DNA of 64,000 bases, from NCBI GenBank assembly GCA_965206645.1, contig CBDBKE010000003.1, forward strand, positions 544,001 through 608,000, written 5' to 3'. This stretch comes from Terriglobia bacterium (lineage in GTDB: Bacteria; Acidobacteriota; Terriglobia; JAJPHL01; JAPKYU01). The position numbers were made by a program, and so were the translations under genes. The notes under the pieces are model-generated. The model had not been told where the DNA came from and ran no database searches. It was given only the letters and a program-made list of their open reading frames with translations. Shown here one piece after another: positions 1 to 14,836 of this stretch (positions are counted from its first letter, which is position 1; each line of letters begins with the position of its first letter).

Positions 1-437
1 TGCTGCGAGTGATTCTGGAGAACCCGGCGGCGCGGTCAAGCCTGTTGCAGGTTTTATCCGAGGCTGACCTGTGGGCCGATTGGGTCACTCGGCCCATCTT
101 TTCCGCCCTCTCGGCCCTGGACTTGCCCTCGGGAGAAGCTTTGGACGTGACAGCCCTGTTCGACCGGCTGGAGCCGCCGGATCGCGCGCGTCTAGCCGGG
201 ATCGTCCATCAGGAGGCAGTGGAACTGATCGCGCCGGACAAGGCGCAGCAGTATGTTGAGGAACTTCGCCGGTTAGGTCAATTGCGGCGGGTCCGGGAGC
301 AGAAGCGTCGACAGCTGGCAACTGCTGGGTCCCCGCGCAGTGCGGAGGAGGCGCGGGGACAAGCCCAAATTGCGTTGGAAATCAACCAGATTGATGCCCA
401 ATTGAATGCTCCTCACCACTTGCTCCGCCAAGGCTAA
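1..437 (+). CDS. dnaG: DNA primase, C-terminal part (5'-partial)
   Basis: Helical ORF running in from the window edge directly upstream of rpoD (canonical dnaG-rpoD order); no catalytic motifs visible, so the call rests mainly on synteny. Confidence 0.6.
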   Translation, partial: LRVILENPAARSSLLQVLSEADLWADWVTRPIFSALSALDLPSGEALDVTALFDRLEPPDRARLAGIVHQEAVELIAPDKAQQYVEELRRLGQLRRVREQKRRQLATAGSPRSAEEARGQAQIALEINQIDAQLNAPHHLLRQG

Positions 438-542
438 GCCTGGTTGAGCTAAGCTAAGCCTGGTTGAGCTAAGCCTGGTTGAGCTAAGCCTGGTTGAGCT
501 AAGCCTGGTTGAGCTAAGCCTGGTTGAGCTAAGCTTGGTTGC
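433..542. repeat. 15-bp tandem repeat GCTAAGCCTGGTTGA, about 7 copies
   Basis: Copies at 433, 453, 468, 483, 498, 513 and a degenerate one at 528, with a 5-bp partial at 448; first copy contains the dnaG stop codon. Confidence 0.95.
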
Positions 543-625
543 TCCCCCAAGGCCAAGCCTGGCCCAACAGGCTGGCGCGTCCCTCCTGAACCGCCCGCCA
601 GAGCACGACGATTCCCTGGAATTCG

Positions 626-655
626 TTGACGAAATGGTTCCTTTGTGATTATTAT
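626..655 (+). promoter_or_regulatory. Putative sigma70 promoter of rpoD
   Basis: TTGACG (626-631), 18-bp spacer, TATTAT (650-655) in an AT-rich stretch. Confidence 0.4.
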
Positions 656-775
656 AAGAGATTCTCTTCCTTTTGAAACTCTGGTGGGGGTTAAGTCGTC
701 TAATCTAAAGGGCTGAAGTGTGTCTGTGCCAGCCCACCCCTGGCCGGCGGCGTTCTGGAGAGGAGTTGGCAGGTT

Positions 776-2479
<1,704 letters not shown>

Positions 2480-2610
2480 CCCTGTCCAGTCTGGCAGTCC
2501 CCTTCACCCGCTCCTGCTTGTGCCAGGCCCCCCCCGGGGCCATTGCGCGGCAGGGGCCGACTTCCTCATTGCAACTGTAAACCTTGGATAGGGCGTTCTC
2601 TGGGAGAGGA

Positions 2611-2678
2611 TGGATTGCGTCCAACGCGCGTCTTCACCTGTCAGCTGCCTGAGCCGTCCGCGCGTTGGACGCAATCCA
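2611..2678. repeat. Perfect 20-bp inverted repeat with 28-nt loop (REP-doublet-like or bidirectional terminator)
   Basis: TGGATTGCGTCCAACGCGCG (2611-2630) and its exact reverse complement (2659-2678), between convergent rpoD and cas6. Confidence 0.85.
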
Positions 2679-2702
2679 AAGTCAGTACACACATTCCAGG
2701 CA

Positions 2703-2738
2703 AATTCAGTCCCCTCTTCTTCGGGGGCACTATTATAC
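2703..2738 (-). CRISPR. Solitary CRISPR-repeat-like unit (not an array)
   Basis: Minus strand reads GTATAATAGTGCCCCCGAAGAAGAGGGGACTGAATT: 36 nt, 5' GT, CCCC/GGGG hairpin, 3' ACTGAA-type tail; overlaps the cas6 stop codon; one copy only. Confidence 0.45.
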
Positions 2739-3764
2739 CCTCAGCGCGGCCTTGCGTTGAGTTTCTGGCTGGGCTTCGCTCGAGAATTCTCTACCCTGTA
2801 TTTCGTACCAGCCGTTGCCCCACACCGCATGTTTGCCCACGTGGAGGTATTGGCCGATGTGGAGCAGAGGAAGGAATTCGGCAAGGGCGTCGGCGGTCGG
2901 GGTGCCGAAGAGGGATTCGCCGAGGAAGCCGCCGATTGAGTGGCGGCGGCCGGTGCGGGCCGAGCGGCGCTGGCGCTCTTCCCAGTGCAAGTCCCGGCGA
3001 AGGCAGCCCACAGCCCGAGCGCGCTCAGCCAGTCCCCGGAAGTCCAACTGTAACGGACCGCCGCAGTAAAACGTAGCCAGCGCGTTCAACCGATCCCGCA
3101 GGCGACGCACCAGGTGATGGAACTCGGGCTCACGCACCTGCTTGTCCTCGAAAACCAGATCGGTCGGGGTGAGGAACCTTACCAGGACTTGCGATTGCGG
3201 ATTCCGAATTTCGAATTGGCTAAGTGGAGCCAGCTGCTCGACGCGCTCCAGGCGACAGCGGGCGCGGTTGAGCCCAAGGCCGGCTTCGGCTAGCCGGTCG
3301 AAGCTGAGCAAGAAATGGGGCAAGAGTTCGGTGATGCGGCCCACCAGAATCAGACCAAATTCCAGAGTTTCTCCAGGCGCATATTGGGTTTTTTCGTCAA
3401 TCTCAATGACGCCATTCTGTTTCGTTACCGGCGGCCGAATGACAAAGGGGCGAGGAATGGCCTGGTAATTGGACAGGGCGGGGGAGCCGGGCGGTGGTGC
3501 TGGCTCAAACACCTGAGCGTAGGGGCAGGTGGCGCGCAAATCGCAGCTGAGCGCCCCGGGACATTGCGGGTGGCAGCACTGCGCGCGCAGCGTCGTGCCG
3601 AGCGCGCCGCGCAAGACGTTGCCCTTGTTGCGCGCCGGCATGAACAGCGTCTGCTCGGGCACCAAGCGCAGGCGAAACTGAGCGAATTGCAGCCGGGAAA
3701 ACATAGGTCCGGGGAAGCCGGGCCGCATCCTACGCCGCCAGAGATGGGTTTGCAAGTTCGGCAT
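2733..3764 (-). CDS. cas6: CRISPR pre-crRNA processing endoribonuclease Cas6 (RAMP, Cys-rich DUF2276-like type), orphan
   Basis: GNVLRGALG, Cys cluster CCHPQC..C..CPY, PRPFVI, RFLTP, GFLG, C-terminal Gly loop HVGKHAVWGNG; true start may be ATG 3704. Confidence 0.85.
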   Translation of the reverse strand: MPNLQTHLWRRRMRPGFPGPMFSRLQFAQFRLRLVPEQTLFMPARNKGNVLRGALGTTLRAQCCHPQCPGALSCDLRATCPYAQVFEPAPPPGSPALSNYQAIPRPFVIRPPVTKQNGVIEIDEKTQYAPGETLEFGLILVGRITELLPHFLLSFDRLAEAGLGLNRARCRLERVEQLAPLSQFEIRNPQSQVLVRFLTPTDLVFEDKQVREPEFHHLVRRLRDRLNALATFYCGGPLQLDFRGLAERARAVGCLRRDLHWEERQRRSARTGRRHSIGGFLGESLFGTPTADALAEFLPLLHIGQYLHVGKHAVWGNGWYEIQGREFSSEAQPETQRKAALRV

Positions 3765-3805
3765 GAGACCGGAGACTACAAACTGAAGACTGGAGACCCG
3801 TGAGT

Positions 3806-4328
3806 TTAGCGGCGGGGCAGCAAACGGGTGCGACCAGAGGCGTTCACGACGGTGATCCGGCGAAAGCCCTCCGCGTAGGTGGGCGGGCGCAGCTTGCGCA
3901 CCATGCGCAGCATGACCTCCCGCGGCACGCGGCGTCCCCGGCGGGCGTTGCGCTCCCGGCAGACCTCGAGCGGCACATCGAAGAAGACCGCGTCTACACG
4001 GCAGTCGAACAATGCGGCCAGGCGGAAATAGCCCCGGCGCTCCTGGCGGTTCAGGTTGGTGGCGTCCACATAATGAACGCGCCGCCCCAGTCCTAGGCGC
4101 AGCCGCAGCAGCCAGCGCAGTGCCGAGAAAATCGCGGTCTGCTGCGACTGGTCGGTAACGTCATCGAGCAGCAGCTGGCGCAGCAGGTCGCTGGAGAGCG
4201 GCTGAATGCGGCGTCGGGCGAACCAAGTGGACTTTCCTGAGCCGGGGAGGCCCACAGCCAGAACAATTGTAGATTCCGGATTGCGGGATGAGGATTTCGA
4301 CTTCGGGCTTTGGACCTTGGTCTTTGGA

Positions 4329-4336
<8 letters not shown>
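3806..4336 (-). CDS. Stand-alone Pnkp-type polynucleotide kinase / AAA_33-like P-loop kinase
   Basis: Walker A GLPGSGKST, SSDxxR, DATN, CRERNxxR, EGF, as in the kinase module of bacterial Pnkp; probable TTG start at 4336 overlapping the upstream gene end. Confidence 0.8.
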
Positions 4337-6098
<1,762 letters not shown>

Positions 6099-6131
6099 TT
6101 CTAACTCCTCGGTTTCCTCGGCAACGTAGCG

Positions 6132-6187
6132 CCCGTAGCGGCAGGCTTTACCCTGCCACGTGGCGCTGTAAAGGGCGCCGCTACGGG
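6132..6187. repeat. GTAG-type REP-like doublet
   Basis: CCCGTAGCGGC...GCCGCTACGGG outer inverted repeat enclosing two short hairpins. Confidence 0.6.
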
Positions 6188-6220
6188 AGGCTCTTTCTAT
6201 CGCGCTCCTGTATTTGTCTT

Positions 6221-6296
6221 GTCATTTCGAAGCGAGGAATCTGCTTCTAAGGGGGCATGCCCCGAACAGCAGATCCCTCGCTTCGCTCGGGATGAC
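6221..6296. repeat. GTCAT...ATGAC palindromic interspersed element
   Basis: Arms CGAAGCGAGGAATCTGCT (6228-6245) and AGCAGATCCCTCGCTTCG (6268-6285), bounded by GTCAT/ATGAC. Confidence 0.7.
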
Positions 6297-6351
6297 TCGG
6301 ACTCGAACTGCAAGCAGTGCCCGTTTGTGGCACAGGTCTTGCGTGGCGCCG

Positions 6352-7542
6352 CTACCCTCCCAGGTTCTCGAAAATTCCGGCAGCGCCCATACCCCCGCCA
6401 ATGCACATGGTGACCATGCCATAACGCGCCTTGCGCCGCTTCATTTCCTGCAGCAGGGTGGCAGTCAGCTTCGCGCCGGTGCAGCCCAGCGGGTGACCCA
6501 GGGCGATGGCACCGCCATTGACGTTAACGCGGGCCGGATCCAACTCCTCCTGACGCATCACCGACAGCGCCTGCGCGGCGAAGGCCTCGTTCAGCTCGAT
6601 CAGCTCCATCTGGTCCAGCGTCAGACCGGCCAGCTTTAGCGCCTTGGGAATGGCGAAGGCCGGGCCAATGCCCATTTCCTCGGGCGGCACGCCGGCGGTG
6701 GCAAAAGCCAGGAATCGCGCCAGCGGCTTCAGGCCGAGGGCGCGGGCGCGCTCGGCCGACATGACCACCGCGCCGGCGGCCCCGTCGCTCATCTGGGAGG
6801 AGTTTCCCGCCGTCACCGTGCCGTTGGCGTGGAAAGCCGGCTTCAGTTTCGCAAGGGCCTCCATCGAGGTGTCAGCTCTTGGGCCTTCATCCACTGCAAA
6901 GGTGCCGGTGCGTGTGACAGGCCCGACCTGTCCTGGCGGGCCGGGCTCGGTGAGGCTGACCTCGAGCGGCACAATCTCCTCCTGGAAGCGGCCAGCCTGG
7001 ATGGCGGCCAGCGCCTTGCGATGGCTCTCGCAAGCAAAGCAGTCCTGCGCCTCGCGGTCGACGCCGTACTTGCGGACCAATCGCTCGGCGGTCAGCCCCA
7101 TCGAGAGGTAAGCGTCGGGATAGGTGTCCACCAGGTGCGGATTCGGCGCCGGCTTCTGGCCTCCCATCGGCACCAGGCTCATGGACTCGGTTCCGCCGGC
7201 CAAAATGACGTCGGCAAAGCCGGCCATGATCCGCTCGGCGCCCAGGGCGATGGACTGCAGGCCTGAGGAGCAGAAGCGGTTGACGGTCATGGCGCTGGTG
7301 GTGACGGGCAGGCCGGCCCTGAGGGCTGCGATGCGCGCCACGTTCATCCCCTGCTCGGCTTCCGGCATGGCGCAGCCCAGGATGACGTCTTCAATCTCGG
7401 CAGGGTCCAGGCCGGGCGTGCGCTGGAGCAGCGCCGAAAGCACGGTAGCGGCCATGTCGTCCGGACGCGTTGCCCGCAGCGTGCCTTTGTAGGCCTTGCC
7501 CACCGCGGTCCTGGCAACGGAAACAATGACGGCTTCCTTCAT
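6352..7542 (-). CDS. fadA: Acetyl-CoA C-acyltransferase (thiolase)
   Basis: NRFCSSG, NEAFA, GHPLG, CIGGGMG. Confidence 0.95.
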   Translation of the reverse strand: MKEAVIVSVARTAVGKAYKGTLRATRPDDMAATVLSALLQRTPGLDPAEIEDVILGCAMPEAEQGMNVARIAALRAGLPVTTSAMTVNRFCSSGLQSIALGAERIMAGFADVILAGGTESMSLVPMGGQKPAPNPHLVDTYPDAYLSMGLTAERLVRKYGVDREAQDCFACESHRKALAAIQAGRFQEEIVPLEVSLTEPGPPGQVGPVTRTGTFAVDEGPRADTSMEALAKLKPAFHANGTVTAGNSSQMSDGAAGAVVMSAERARALGLKPLARFLAFATAGVPPEEMGIGPAFAIPKALKLAGLTLDQMELIELNEAFAAQALSVMRQEELDPARVNVNGGAIALGHPLGCTGAKLTATLLQEMKRRKARYGMVTMCIGGGMGAAGIFENLGG

Positions 7543-7599
7543 CTGAAGGTCCTCTGCATCCGTAAGAGTCGGCAGGCAAGAATGCCTGCCCACGGGCAA

Positions 7600-10023
<2,424 letters not shown>

Positions 10024-10124
10024 TTTCGACGGTTCAAAAGTCGAGGCAATGATCCTTGACACGGACCCCACTCAATCTCTGGTTCAGGGCTCGTCACTTT
10101 TTTCTCTCGACTCCCATGGCCGGC

Positions 10125-10661
10125 TTATAGGATTTGTTCCAGCAGGCTGGCGAGGTAATTTTCATCCACGTAGCCGCTCTTGTAAGTGCGGCCATTCCAG
10201 TACATCCAGGCGCCCTGGGCCCCTTCGCCCGGGCAGAAGAAGATGCCGTGTTCCTCGACACGCTCCTCCTCCAGCAATTCCTGGTTGAAGAAGCGCACCT
10301 CGCCCTCCAGGATGTACGGCTTTTTGAAATTGTCGTTGGCCACCAGGTCGGCCGGGGCTCCGATGTCCAGCAACAGGATGCGGCCTCGGACGTTCATCAG
10401 CAGTTGCAGCTGGTTCTCTTCCGGGAAGTCGCCGGGAGGCTCGGGCGGCGACAGTTGCAGTTGGTCGTGTTCGACGTAAGAGTTCAGGTGGCTGGCGAAA
10501 CCGCTGCAGACGTGCCACAGATGCTGGACGGGCTCGGTCCGCCGCTGGCCGATCTGCCTCCGGTGCTCCTGTGCGGACTCGTCTTTGCGGCGCAGTTCCT
10601 CAATACGGCGCGCCAGCTTCTGAAAACGTTCATCGCGCGGATGTCTACCGAAGGCGATCAT
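10125..10661 (-). CDS. Hypothetical protein
   Basis: 178-aa ORF with 4-bp overlap with the ROK gene and host-like codon usage. Confidence 0.7.
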   Translation of the reverse strand: MIAFGRHPRDERFQKLARRIEELRRKDESAQEHRRQIGQRRTEPVQHLWHVCSGFASHLNSYVEHDQLQLSPPEPPGDFPEENQLQLLMNVRGRILLLDIGAPADLVANDNFKKPYILEGEVRFFNQELLEEERVEEHGIFFCPGEGAQGAWMYWNGRTYKSGYVDENYLASLLEQIL

Positions 10662-11623
10662 GGCTGCACCTCCAGCGCTTGCAACGGCAGGTAGGCGGCG
10701 CCGTAGAGGCCTGCTTCGCTGCCCAGTTGCGAGCGGGCGATCCGGGTGCCCCCGGCGCGGTAGACGAAGGAGCGGCGCTCCACTTCGGCCAGCATCACCG
10801 GGGCAAACAAATCCCAGGCTTTGGTTACCCCGCCGGTGATGGCGTACAGGGGGAAATTGAAAATGTTCACCAAGTCGGCCAACGCGATGCCCAGGGCGCG
10901 GCCGACGACCGTGAAGATGTCGCGCGCGGCCTCCTCCCCTTCCAGTGCCTTGCGGTGGACCATCTCGGAGGTCAGTTCAGAGCACTCACGAGCTAGCTGG
11001 GCGAGCGCGGGACTCCTTCCCTCGCGGATAGCTTCGTGGGCCATCCGCACGATGGCGGTGGCCGACGCCAGCTGTTCCAGGCAGCCGTGGTTGCCGCAGC
11101 CGCAGCGGGGCCCGTCGGGGTTGACGGTGATGTGGCCGAATTCGCCGGCCATGCCCAGGGCGCCGTGCCAGACGCGTCCGTTCTGCACCACGCCGCCGCC
11201 CACTCCGGTTCCCAGCGTGAGCATGGCCAGGCTATCCACGTCGCGCCCCAGCCCCATCCACTTCTCTCCCAGCGCCGCGGCGTTTGCGTCGTTGTCGAGG
11301 AAGACCCGGACGCCCAATTGCTGCTCGATCTCGTCACGGATGGGATAATTTTCCCAGCCCGGCAGGTTCGGGGATTCGCGGATTCTCCCTTCCTCTGCGT
11401 AAATGATCCCCGGCACGCCGAGGCCGATGCCCGCCAGAGCCTGGGAAGAGTGGGGGGCGCGCAGTTTGTCCACCGCAGCTGAGATTTCCTGGAGCACAGC
11501 TTCGCGGCCTGCCCGCAGGTTCGTCTTCAGGCGGGTTTGTGTCAAGATCCGTCCCTGCACGTCGATAGTGGCGACACGCAGGTTGGTCCCGCCGAGATCC
11601 ACTCCGATAGCGAAATAACTCAT
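10658..11623 (-). CDS. ROK family sugar kinase (glucokinase-like)
   Basis: GVDLGGT, NDANAAALGE, GTGVGGG, EFGH, CGCGNHGCLE. Confidence 0.93.
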   Translation of the reverse strand: MSYFAIGVDLGGTNLRVATIDVQGRILTQTRLKTNLRAGREAVLQEISAAVDKLRAPHSSQALAGIGLGVPGIIYAEEGRIRESPNLPGWENYPIRDEIEQQLGVRVFLDNDANAAALGEKWMGLGRDVDSLAMLTLGTGVGGGVVQNGRVWHGALGMAGEFGHITVNPDGPRCGCGNHGCLEQLASATAIVRMAHEAIREGRSPALAQLARECSELTSEMVHRKALEGEEAARDIFTVVGRALGIALADLVNIFNFPLYAITGGVTKAWDLFAPVMLAEVERRSFVYRAGGTRIARSQLGSEAGLYGAAYLPLQALEVQP

Positions 11624-11705
11624 AAAGACAGGCGCTTAGGTCTCAGGTTTCAGGTGTTCGCCTGACAATCATACCCCATGCCTGGCGCCAGGAACTTGGC
11701 CCCTG

Positions 11706-12620
11706 TCAGTGACGCTGGCAGCGTGGGCAAAAAGTGCTGCCGCGGCCAGCGACCAGCAGGCGCCGAAGTGTCGCGCCACATCGCCGGCAGGGCTGGCCGT
11801 CCCGCCGGTAGACCTGATGGAATTGCTGAAACGTGCCAGCCTGCCCGAGGGCATCCAGGTAATTGGACACGGAGGAACCGCCGCGGGCGATCGCCTCCTC
11901 CAGCACGGAGCGTGTAGCACAGAACAAGGCGGCGGCCCTTCGGGCAGAGACGCGGCGGGCGCACGCAGCTGGATGCACGCCGGCGCGGAACAGGCATTCA
12001 TCGGCGTAGATGTTTCCCAGGCCTCGCAGGAAGTGCTGGTCAAGCAGCAACGACTTCACCCGCGCGGTTCGTTGGCCCATCCGGCGCACGAATTCCGACT
12101 CCGGGATCGCCAGCGGATCCGGCCCCAACCGTTCCAAGCGCGGCGGAAGGGCATTGTTGCCATCGGGAGCGGAGATCTCCATCCGGCCGAATTGCCGGAT
12201 GTCGGTGTAGCGCAAGACTTGCCGGGCCACCTGCGCGCGCCTGCCTTCGTCGGCCGGTTTGTTGGCAGCGATCTTCTGAATGGGTTCCAGCTCGAACCAA
12301 GCATGGGTATGCCGGGGTAGCTCGTGCCAGGAGGGCTCGCAGACAAACTGCCCGGTCATGCCCAGGTGGACAACCCACCAGAAGCCGGTTTGTCCGAGGC
12401 GACCCCTCTCACCCGGTGCCATGCGCAGCAGGATGTGTTTACCGTATCGTTGGATAGCCACTACCGAGGCTCCTTCCAGTGCCTGGACGAACTCCGCCGG
12501 CGGCGTCTGCAGGATGTGCGCCGCGGCGGCCGGCCCCACCATGACTCGCGCGATGCGCCGTCCAGGCAGGCAGGTGCGCAGCCCGCGCACAATGGTTTCC
12601 ACCTCGGGCAGTTCCGGCAT
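11706..12620 (-). CDS. mutM: Formamidopyrimidine-DNA glycosylase
   Basis: N-terminal MPELPEVE, HLGMTG, GLGNIYADE, C-terminal zinc finger CRRC..CPRCQ. Confidence 0.97.
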   Translation of the reverse strand: MPELPEVETIVRGLRTCLPGRRIARVMVGPAAAAHILQTPPAEFVQALEGASVVAIQRYGKHILLRMAPGERGRLGQTGFWWVVHLGMTGQFVCEPSWHELPRHTHAWFELEPIQKIAANKPADEGRRAQVARQVLRYTDIRQFGRMEISAPDGNNALPPRLERLGPDPLAIPESEFVRRMGQRTARVKSLLLDQHFLRGLGNIYADECLFRAGVHPAACARRVSARRAAALFCATRSVLEEAIARGGSSVSNYLDALGQAGTFQQFHQVYRRDGQPCRRCGATLRRLLVAGRGSTFCPRCQRH

Positions 12621-12698
12621 AACAACTCCAAAGATAGCAGAGGACCCTGGATCAGCGAGGGCGAGTGATTTCCAACCGGGGAAGAGTTCGGACCGGCG

Positions 12699-13742
12699 CT
12701 AGGATTTCCTGAATCTCAGCTCTACATTGCCCATGCGGAGGACATCGTTGTCCTTGAGTACCACCGTCTCGTCGCCAGACATTTGTCGCTCATTGATCAT
12801 GGTTGGATTGGAAGTTTCAGGGGCCAGATTCACCAGCTTGAATTGCTTGTCCGAAGTGGAATAGGACAGGCGTGCCTGGTTGCGGCTCAAGGTGTTCGTC
12901 TTATCCTTGATTCGGATTCCGCCGGCAATGTCTGGGCTGTCGCGGCCGATTTCGATCTCATCTCGGCCGGACTGATCCGAAAGGTAAATCGTGTCGGTCT
13001 CCTGCCCATTCTCCAGGATGACCAAGGTGCCCGGTAGAACTTTGGAGGTCGTGAACACCCTGACTGTCTTGAAGTCCTCCACAGTTGAGGAAGCAACCTG
13101 GGCAGTTGGGAAGGCAACCGAGCCACTCTCAGCGGATGGTATGGGGAGAGGAGCAGGCTTGTAGGGGCGCCCAGGCTCAGGAGCGGGAGCAGGCTTGTAG
13201 GAGGGGACAGGTCCGGAAGCGGAAGCAGCCGGAGCAGCTTTTCTCCGCCTCAGCCTCACAACCACCCACAGCAGCGCAATCGCGATGGCGCCGATGAGAA
13301 TCAGGTTCTCTGTTGAAGGCAACTCCAGCGGCTGCCGAGCTGCTTCCTCTGTCTCCTCCCCAGCTGAGCCGACCTGCTTCCGCTTCGTTTCACTTATGAA
13401 AAATCTTTTGGAATCGGCATCCACCAGCGCCACACCGGTGACCAGCACCTCGGAATTAATCTGGGGTACCTTGTTGACTGTGCGGACAACAATGGTCGCA
13501 CCGTACCTGTCTTTCAGGTAATATGCCTTGAAGCTAGTCGAGGAAACCCGCTTTTCTGCCAAGACCCAGCCCCGGACTGCAACTTGCTCATTCTTATAGC
13601 GTGAGTGAAAACCGCGTACCAACTCACGAACGCTGATGGAAGTTTGGGCGTTGATCACACCTGCGAACAAGACAACGGTTAGAAGGCGGCACACCAAGGC
13701 TGCTACGGCCACGCCCCGAGTGAATAAGAAATCCATCCCCAC
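12699..13742 (-). CDS. Membrane protein with N-terminal OB-fold-like domain, TM helix, Pro-rich linker and C-terminal FHA domain
   Basis: Signal-like N terminus, VAVRGWV..YYLKD..G, TM LILIGAIAIALLWVVV, FHA motifs IGRD, SRNQA, NPTMIN, LKDNDVLRMG. Confidence 0.75.
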   Translation of the reverse strand: MGMDFLFTRGVAVAALVCRLLTVVLFAGVINAQTSISVRELVRGFHSRYKNEQVAVRGWVLAEKRVSSTSFKAYYLKDRYGATIVVRTVNKVPQINSEVLVTGVALVDADSKRFFISETKRKQVGSAGEETEEAARQPLELPSTENLILIGAIAIALLWVVVRLRRRKAAPAASASGPVPSYKPAPAPEPGRPYKPAPLPIPSAESGSVAFPTAQVASSTVEDFKTVRVFTTSKVLPGTLVILENGQETDTIYLSDQSGRDEIEIGRDSPDIAGGIRIKDKTNTLSRNQARLSYSTSDKQFKLVNLAPETSNPTMINERQMSGDETVVLKDNDVLRMGNVELRFRKS

Positions 13743-13934
13743 TGGGGCAATTCTACCCCCAACATATTGAAGTGGGAATGGAGAGAATGGGAAGAGGTGC
13801 CAGCGGCCACAACATTATAACGTCTCCCCTAAGGCCGCCCAGAAGGACTTGGGATCCCGCGCAAACGGTTTCCCCTTCGGGCTGTTCTGGCATATAACCA
13901 TCAGACAACAGAAGACAAAACGCGGGACAGGAGT

Positions 13935-14798
13935 ATGAGCATGAATCCAGAACGGGATCTCATCCGCCGAGTTGCCCAGGCAGTTGCCGGAAGCAAGGTG
14001 CGCATCATTGACCTGTCGCAGCCGTGGAGAATCGGCATGCCGCATTGGCCGACGCACCCGCCGTTCTTGTTCAGTTTAGCCAAGGGGCACGGGGACATCG
14101 TGCTGGAGGGCGGCGTCAGTTCGGCATCGGAGGTCATTACCCTGGGGGGCCACGTGGGAACGCACATCGACGCGCTCTGCCATTTCTCGCGGAATGGGCG
14201 CCTGTTTGGCGGGGCGGAGGTTGAGCCGAACCAAACGGTCGAACGCGGCCTGGCGGTGGGTAGCATTGATCAGGTTGTACCCATCGTGCGGCGCGGTGTG
14301 CTGCTGGACGCAGCGACGCCAGCCGCTGCGTCAAACGAAGATGCTGCGTCAAACAAAGCCGCGACAGAGGCGACAGGAATTCTGCCCCCCGCCTACGCCA
14401 TCACTGCCGCCCACCTTGAGGAGGCAGCAACGCGGGCTGGGGTGGCCGTCGAGTCGGGGGATGTGGTGTTGATCCGCACCGGGTGGGGCAGGCTCTGGGA
14501 CCGGCCGAGGGAATTTGTCGGTCACGGAGGCGCTCCGGGCGTGGACTTGAGCGGCGCCCGCTGGCTCAGCGGCAGCGGAATTTTTGCCGCCGGCTCCGAC
14601 ACCCTGGCCTTCGAAGTCACCCCCGGCAACTTCCCTGTCCATGTGCACCTGCTGGTGGAAAAGGGGATCCACATCATAGAGGCGCTGAACCTGGAGCCGC
14701 TGCACTCGGCGGGCATCCATGAGTTCCTGTTTATTGCCTCGCCGCTGAAAATCGTGGGCGGGACAGGCTCGCCGATTCGGCCATTCGCGCTTGCCTAG
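13935..14798 (+). CDS. Cyclase family (kynurenine formamidase-like) metal hydrolase
   Basis: IDLSQP, HVGTHIDA, LIRTGW, IIEAL, GGTGSPIR. Confidence 0.9.
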   Translation: MSMNPERDLIRRVAQAVAGSKVRIIDLSQPWRIGMPHWPTHPPFLFSLAKGHGDIVLEGGVSSASEVITLGGHVGTHIDALCHFSRNGRLFGGAEVEPNQTVERGLAVGSIDQVVPIVRRGVLLDAATPAAASNEDAASNKAATEATGILPPAYAITAAHLEEAATRAGVAVESGDVVLIRTGWGRLWDRPREFVGHGGAPGVDLSGARWLSGSGIFAAGSDTLAFEVTPGNFPVHVHLLVEKGIHIIEALNLEPLHSAGIHEFLFIASPLKIVGGTGSPIRPFALA

Positions 14799-14836
14799 CG
14801 GCGCAGGGACCAAGCCAGAGCGGCAAGGGGGAGGTA

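Noticed and set aside
433-542. 15-bp repeats as a CRISPR array for the nearby cas6
   Set aside because: Contiguous units without spacers and too short; a simple tandem repeat
6328-6342. sigma54-like motif TGGCAC-N5-TTGC on the plus strand
   Set aside because: Points antisense into the thiolase 3' end with no plausible gene or activator context; one such match can arise by chance
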